Shown here: piece after piece, positions 15,874-20,192 of the stretch
How the letters are laid out: the number at the start of each line of letters is the position of its first letter
Position numbering within the stretch: the first letter of the stretch is position 1
Origin: a virus
Taxonomy: Duplodnaviria; Heunggongvirae; Uroviricota; Caudoviricetes
Direction: 5' to 3' (one strand)
DNA length: 20,192 bases
Virus record (IMG/VR): IMGVR_UViG_2537561937_000013
Span: 1-20,192 of that record
Notes under the pieces: generated by a model
Databases searched by the model: none
Seen by the model: only the letters and a program-made list of their open reading frames with translations
What the model was told of the DNA's origin: nothing
Made by a program: the position numbers and the translations under genes

Positions 15874-16200
15874 ATGGTTTTTTCAGCATTAAATATTTAT
15901 CATTCATATGGTGTGGGTAGAGTGAATATTGATGAGGCGTCGGGGTGTTTCATCCTTAGGCAGCGTATTGATATAGTCAATGCAGAACGAGCAAAGGCCT
16001 TCAGCCGTTTGACAGTTTTGTTCTGTACTCCTGATCGTCTTTCGGGAAGAGACGTTATTATTCTGAATAGTGATGCTATACAGAGGGTTTGCGATGAGTT
16101 CATGGTTGCTAATTCAGAATTATTTGCTCTTGTTCAGGAGTACAACAGAATAGCCAGGACCTGTGGTATGGATGAACTTCGGATTACTCATCTGGGGTAG
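15874..16200 (+). CDS. Hypothetical moron protein in the stx-equivalent locus (start uncertain)
   Basis: Track ORF 15844..16200 (GTG). First in-frame ATG at 15874 has no clear RBS. AT-rich. No family recognised. Confidence 0.35.
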   Translation: MVFSALNIYHSYGVGRVNIDEASGCFILRQRIDIVNAERAKAFSRLTVLFCTPDRLSGRDVIILNSDAIQRVCDEFMVANSELFALVQEYNRIARTCGMDELRITHLG

Positions 16201-16592
16201 ATACATATCTGGATTATCACCGGTTACGGTAAAAAGTGATTGCTTACTGTTTTTGTGAATGGCATTGCAGCAGCCGGATAATGTCAGTGCTGGCTGACGG
16301 TGTGCTGGTGGCGGGTGTGGTGGTTGCTGCTTTCCCGTTGCTGAAAAAGAAAACGCCAGACTGTTAGCCGGGTATCAGTTAGCGGGAGAAATTTTTAAAT
16401 ACTTCACAATTCAGGCGGTTGACTGTTGTCTGGTTTGCGGGGAGTTTGTTAAAAGAAACTGGCATGGTGAATCCCCCTGTGCGGAGGGGCAATCAGCGAG
16501 TAGGTATATGGGATAATCGCGGATTCAGGTGCTGGTACTGAATTCACCGGGAGGCACCCGGCACCATGCAATGGCACATAGCGCCACTCTCC

Positions 16593-16625
16593 AGCCCCTC
16601 TCCGGAGGGGCTGTTTATATTGATT
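16593..16625 (+). terminator. Strong hairpin, likely intrinsic terminator
   Basis: Stem AGCCCCTC / GAGGGGCT with loop TCCG, followed by GTTTATATTGATTTT. Confidence 0.45.
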
Positions 16626-16647
16626 TTGTCAGATGTGAGTAAACTCC

Positions 16648-16983
16648 TTATGGACTTTGTTGTTTTAGCCCATAAGGACATATTTGCAGAGTGCAACGGT
16701 TATTAAAGCATTCATTCAATACGTTATCTGTATTTGTAGGGCATTCCTGGCTGTTTTTGATTAAATTCCAGAATGTTTTATTGAATGGTACTACGTTGTA
16801 AATGGTTACAGGCAGCACTTTGTTATTGAGCATGATGCCTGTGTGAGTCAGTGTAAATATACTTTCAGGAGGTAAGAAAGCATCCGATTGATACCAGATT
16901 ATTAATTTTATTTTACTCCATATGACTGAAAAAGATATTCCGCATGATGGCTGGATAACTGTATCAATCACAATCCACTTCAT
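16648..16983 (-). CDS. Hypothetical AT-rich moron protein (111 aa), antisense to late transcription
   Basis: Track ORF. ATG at 16981-16983 with AGGA about 9 nt upstream. Cysteine-containing. No family recognised. Confidence 0.4.
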   Translation of the reverse strand: MKWIVIDTVIQPSCGISFSVIWSKIKLIIWYQSDAFLPPESIFTLTHTGIMLNNKVLPVTIYNVVPFNKTFWNLIKNSQECPTNTDNVLNECFNNRCTLQICPYGLKQQSP

Positions 16984-17228
16984 TTAGTTTCCTTGTTTAT
17001 GCCTTGCTGGTGATGTTCTGAAAAGTATAAATGATATTTTTGATTGTAAACCATAGAGCAGAATTATTTTTCTGATGTTGTTTATTGTTTATTTAAATGC
17101 AGGGTGGTTTATATCTCGTCTTGTAGTTTATCCATGCATATCTGCTTGATGATGAGGTTTTTAATTAAGGTATGGTTTTGTGTTTTTTCTGTATTACATG
17201 TCAGGTATTTTAAAGAATCATTTTTCAG

Positions 17229-19097
17229 ATGGTGAAAAGAACCATGGCATTTAAACACTATGATGTTGTCAGGGCGGCGTCGCCGTCAGATCTTGCGGAA
17301 AAGCTGACACATAAACTGAAAGAGGGCTGGCAGCCGTTTGGTAGTCCGGTGGCCATAACCCCTTATACCCTGATGCAGGCGATTGCAGCAGAAGGTGATG
17401 TGGTCGTCAGTGGTGCAACTGAGCCGGAGTGGTACTACGTCATCGTACTGGCCGGGCAGTCCAATGCCATGGCTTACGGTGAAGGGCTTCCGCTTCCGGA
17501 TTCATACGATGCGCCCCATCCGCGCATTAAGCAACTGGCCCGTCGTAACACAGTGACTCCCGGTGGTGAAGTATGCGTATTTAACGACATCATTCCTGCT
17601 GACCATTGTCTGCATGATGTTCAGGATATGAGTACGATTAACCATCCCCGGGCTGACCTGAGCAAAGGGCAGTACGGCTGTGTCGGCCAGGGCTTACATA
17701 TTGCCAAAAAACTGCTTCCGTATATCCCTAATAATGCGGGGATCCTGCTGGTACCATGCTGTCGTGGTGGTTCGGCATTCACCCAGGGCACGGAGGGGAC
17801 ATTCAGCGAGTCCACGGGGGCCAGTCAGGATTCGGCTCGCTGGGGAGTGGGTAAGCCGTTATATCAGGATCTGCTTTTCCGCACGAAGGCAGCATTGCAG
17901 AAAAACCCGAAAAACGTTTTGCTGGCGATATGCTGGATGCAGGGGGAATTCGATATGACGAATGCCAGTTACGCCCAGCAGCCAGCAGCATTTCTTGCAA
18001 TGGTACAGCAGTTCCGTGCTGACCTTGCCGGGCTGGCAGCGCAGTGTCACGGTGGAAGTCCGGCATCAGTCCCCTGGATTTGTGGCGACACGACATACGC
18101 GTGGAAACAAGAACACGGTACGCAATATGAAGTGGTATATGGTGCATATAAAGGTAAAGAATCCCAGCAGATTTATTTTGTTCCCTTTATGACCGATGGT
18201 AGCGGAGTTAATACACCGACAAACAACCCGTCAGAAGATCCTGATATTGCCGGGTCTGGTTATTACGGTTCGGCATCCCGAACGAACAAAAACTGGGTAT
18301 CATCAAATCGCCCGACGCATTTCAGCTCATGGGCGCGTCGTGGCATTATTCCCGATCGTATGGCAACTGCTATTCTGAACGTAGCCGGGCGCACCTCAGC
18401 CTTCATCAGTGGTAAGGCACCGGAAATCAAACCCTCGCCCGGCGGCGACACGCCATCGGGTCCGTCTGCAGATACGTCCGTTCGCACAATCTCCCTGCTG
18501 CCGACAGCCGGAGAGGCTGCTGCGCAGGGCTGGACCATTAAGGACGGCGGAATTCAGTTGTCGGGTGGTGTATTTAAGATCGCCAAGCAGAGCAATAAAG
18601 CCTGGTCCCTGACGCGCCCGGTGGATGACGCAGTCTCCCTGCTGACACGGGGTGGCAGACTGAGCTGTAAGTTTCGACTGTCAGGCGCACTGACCAACAA
18701 TCAGTTCGGTCTGGGAATTTATCTGTATACCGATGTAGCGTTACCTGACGTCGTGGCGATGACCGGGACTGGTAACCCGTTCCTGATGTCGTTCTTCACC
18801 CAGACCACAGACGGCAAACTGAATCTGATGCATCACAAGAAAGCAGGAAACACAAAGTTGGGCGAGTTCGGGAATTACAGTAACGACTGGCAGACGCTGG
18901 AGCTGGTGTTCCCCGCCGGCAGTGCCACGGTTACTCCGAAACTGAATGGAGTGGCTGGCCCGGCATTCCAGGCCATAAAAGACAGTCTGGCAGTGGGACT
19001 AAATGCACTGACGCTGACGGATATTACCAAAAATGCAACGTATGGCGTTGAGATAGAAAGTCTGGTGCTGGAGATAAATGCACCGGCATCATCATAA
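17229..19097 (+). CDS. nanS: Prophage NanS-p-type sialate O-acetylesterase (SGNH/SASA hydrolase with N-terminal phage-specific domain)
   Basis: 622 aa. SGNH block-I-like motif VLAGQSNAMAYGEG. Stx-type and related lambdoid phages carry this gene between the stx locus and the lysis genes. Recognised from recollection of the family. Confidence 0.85.
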   Translation: MVKRTMAFKHYDVVRAASPSDLAEKLTHKLKEGWQPFGSPVAITPYTLMQAIAAEGDVVVSGATEPEWYYVIVLAGQSNAMAYGEGLPLPDSYDAPHPRIKQLARRNTVTPGGEVCVFNDIIPADHCLHDVQDMSTINHPRADLSKGQYGCVGQGLHIAKKLLPYIPNNAGILLVPCCRGGSAFTQGTEGTFSESTGASQDSARWGVGKPLYQDLLFRTKAALQKNPKNVLLAICWMQGEFDMTNASYAQQPAAFLAMVQQFRADLAGLAAQCHGGSPASVPWICGDTTYAWKQEHGTQYEVVYGAYKGKESQQIYFVPFMTDGSGVNTPTNNPSEDPDIAGSGYYGSASRTNKNWVSSNRPTHFSSWARRGIIPDRMATAILNVAGRTSAFISGKAPEIKPSPGGDTPSGPSADTSVRTISLLPTAGEAAAQGWTIKDGGIQLSGGVFKIAKQSNKAWSLTRPVDDAVSLLTRGGRLSCKFRLSGALTNNQFGLGIYLYTDVALPDVVAMTGTGNPFLMSFFTQTTDGKLNLMHHKKAGNTKLGEFGNYSNDWQTLELVFPAGSATVTPKLNGVAGPAFQAIKDSLAVGLNALTLTDITKNATYGVEIESLVLEINAPASS

Positions 19098-19182
19098 AAA
19101 GTGAGCCAGTCAAATGGAAGGTATCGTTAAACTCACCGGTAGTGTCAGTGGGTCGTCTGAGATGCCTGCATGAGTTATCAGA

Positions 19183-19213
19183 GCCATCAGTACTTAACTG
19201 GTGGCTTTTTTTA
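19183..19213 (+). terminator. Rho-independent terminator between the esterase and holin genes
   Basis: Stem GCCATCAG / CTGGTGGC (one G-U pair) with loop TACTTAA, followed by TTTTTTTA. Confidence 0.55.
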
Positions 19214-19247
19214 TTGTTGTCAGCTTCCGGATAACGGGAGACGGGGT

Positions 19248-19463
19248 ATGTACCAGATGGAAAAAATCACAACAGGTGTGTCATACACCACGTCAGCGGT
19301 GGGAACGGGCTACTGGTTCCTGCAGTTGCTGGACAGGGTTTCCCCGTCTCAGTGGGCGGCAATAGGCGTGCTGGGGAGTCTGCTGTTTGGGCTGCTGACA
19401 TATCTGACTAACCTGTATTTCAAAATCAGAGAGGACCGTCGTAAGGCTGCACGGGGAGAGTAA
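19248..19463 (+). CDS. S: Holin (lambdoid S-type) with dual-start motif
   Basis: 71 aa from ATG 19248. Begins MYQM with a second ATG at 19257. One predicted transmembrane helix ([23 protein letters not shown]) and a charged C-terminus. GGAGACGGGG RBS. The track ORF starts further upstream. Confidence 0.85.
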   Translation: MYQMEKITTGVSYTTSAVGTGYWFLQLLDRVSPSQWAAIGVLGSLLFGLLTYLTNLYFKIREDRRKAARGE

Positions 19464-19467
19464 TTCA

Positions 19468-19812
19468 ATGACTCAAAACTATGAACTGATTGTGAAAGGG
19501 ATCCGCAATTTTGAGAATAAAGTTACGGTAACTTTAGCGTTACGGGACAAAAAACGCTTTGACGGTGAAATTTTTGACCTGGACATCTCGCTGGACCGTG
19601 TTGAAGGTGCCGCGCTGGAGTTTTATGAGGCAGCAGCCAGAAGGAGCATCAGACAGGTCTTCCTGGATGTTGCTGCCGGGTTATGTGAAGGGGATGAGCA
19701 GTCGCCGGAAAAGCGCCCCGTAATTTTAGAGGCGCAGGATGTGTTGATAACCTACAGAGGAAAACTACCGGGAATAATTACTGGTTCTCTGAAGAGTCCG
19801 CCGAAATGGTAA
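19468..19812 (+). CDS. Lysis-cassette accessory protein (DUF1327-like, by recollection)
   Basis: 114 aa. ATG 5 nt after the holin stop with a GGGGAGAG RBS. Position between holin and endolysin. Confidence 0.5.
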   Translation: MTQNYELIVKGIRNFENKVTVTLALRDKKRFDGEIFDLDISLDRVEGAALEFYEAAARRSIRQVFLDVAAGLCEGDEQSPEKRPVILEAQDVLITYRGKLPGIITGSLKSPPKW

Positions 19813-20050
19813 TTTTACCAGCATATTTTTCATCCAGTAATACAGCAAGCCGCCTGAAAGAGTCTTGTTGTTCCTGAGACCATTTGGGATTGCATGATTC
19901 AAACTGGATTGATGCCAGCGTTGATTGCATCTGTTCCCTTGGAATTGAGAATGCCAGATATGAGAAGGCGACGGTAAGGGTATTCACGTCTTCCCGAAGC
20001 CTGGAAATGCTGTCGAGCAACTCCTGTAGAGAAATGGTGTTATTGTCCAT
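19778..20050 (-). CDS. Hypothetical protein (90 aa) on the opposite strand inside the lysis cassette
   Basis: Track ORF. AGGA 7 nt upstream of ATG. Overlaps the 3' end of the preceding plus-strand gene by 35 bp. Confidence 0.35.
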   Translation of the reverse strand: MDNNTISLQELLDSISRLREDVNTLTVAFSYLAFSIPREQMQSTLASIQFESCNPKWSQEQQDSFRRLAVLLDEKYAGKITISADSSENQ

Positions 20051-20155
20051 AAATAATCCTCATGATTGTATTGACCTGTTAGCAGCCTGAGGCAACAGGC
20101 TGGAACTGATAAACATATCCAGGGCTCAGAAACCGATAAATCCTGATAAATATCC

Positions 20156-20192
20156 ATGAACGCAAAAATCAGATACGGCCTGTCGGCTGCCG
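20156..20192 (+). CDS. R: Endolysin R, first 12 codons only (continues beyond window end)
   Basis: ATG at 20156 opens MNAKIRYGLSAA, which matches my recollection of the N-terminus of Stx-phage-type lysozymes. Only 37 nt are visible. Confidence 0.55.
   Translation, partial: MNAKIRYGLSAA

Noticed and set aside
15737-17228. Shiga toxin genes stxA/stxB at the canonical position
   Set aside because: No ORFs of the right size or any recognisable A/B-subunit sequence; the locus holds only small unrelated ORFs.
17621-18612. Several 60-114-aa ORFs on both strands within 17229..19097
   Set aside because: Nested within or antisense to the 622-aa esterase CDS.
1-20192. CRISPR arrays, IS elements or transposases, integrase and attachment sites
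   Set aside because: No regularly spaced direct repeats, no terminal inverted repeats flanking a transposase-like ORF, and no integrase-like gene were seen in this window.

Overview
This window reads as a contiguous stretch of an enterobacterial (E. coli-like) lambdoid prophage, with a mosaic Rac-like early region and a Stx-phage-like late region. In order: a leftward early operon (partial large gene plus small genes); an immunity region with a cI-like HTH/S24 repressor (minus) facing a Cro-like and a CII/YdaT-like gene (plus); a replication module (O-like initiator with internal iterons, DnaC-like loader); two phage hypotheticals; an AT-rich two-gene cargo cassette encoding an AAA+ ATPase and a cytoplasmic subtilisin-like S8 protease; a nin-like region (DUF968/HNH-like protein, RusA, Q-like antiterminator); a late promoter/terminator region; an orphan DPPY DNA methyltransferase; two phage tRNAs (CAU and UCU anticodons); an AT-rich moron locus where Stx phages carry stx; a NanS-p-type esterase; and the start of the lysis cassette. 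The strongest candidate for an accessory defence system is the ATPase-protease pair at 7471-10864, whose architecture matches what I recall of the IetA/IetS class; whether it is that family or something new needs a profile search. The second place to look is the unannotated moron locus at 15737-17228. All calls are from reading the sequence and the ORF track; no searches were run, so family names are recollection-based and are given confidences accordingly.
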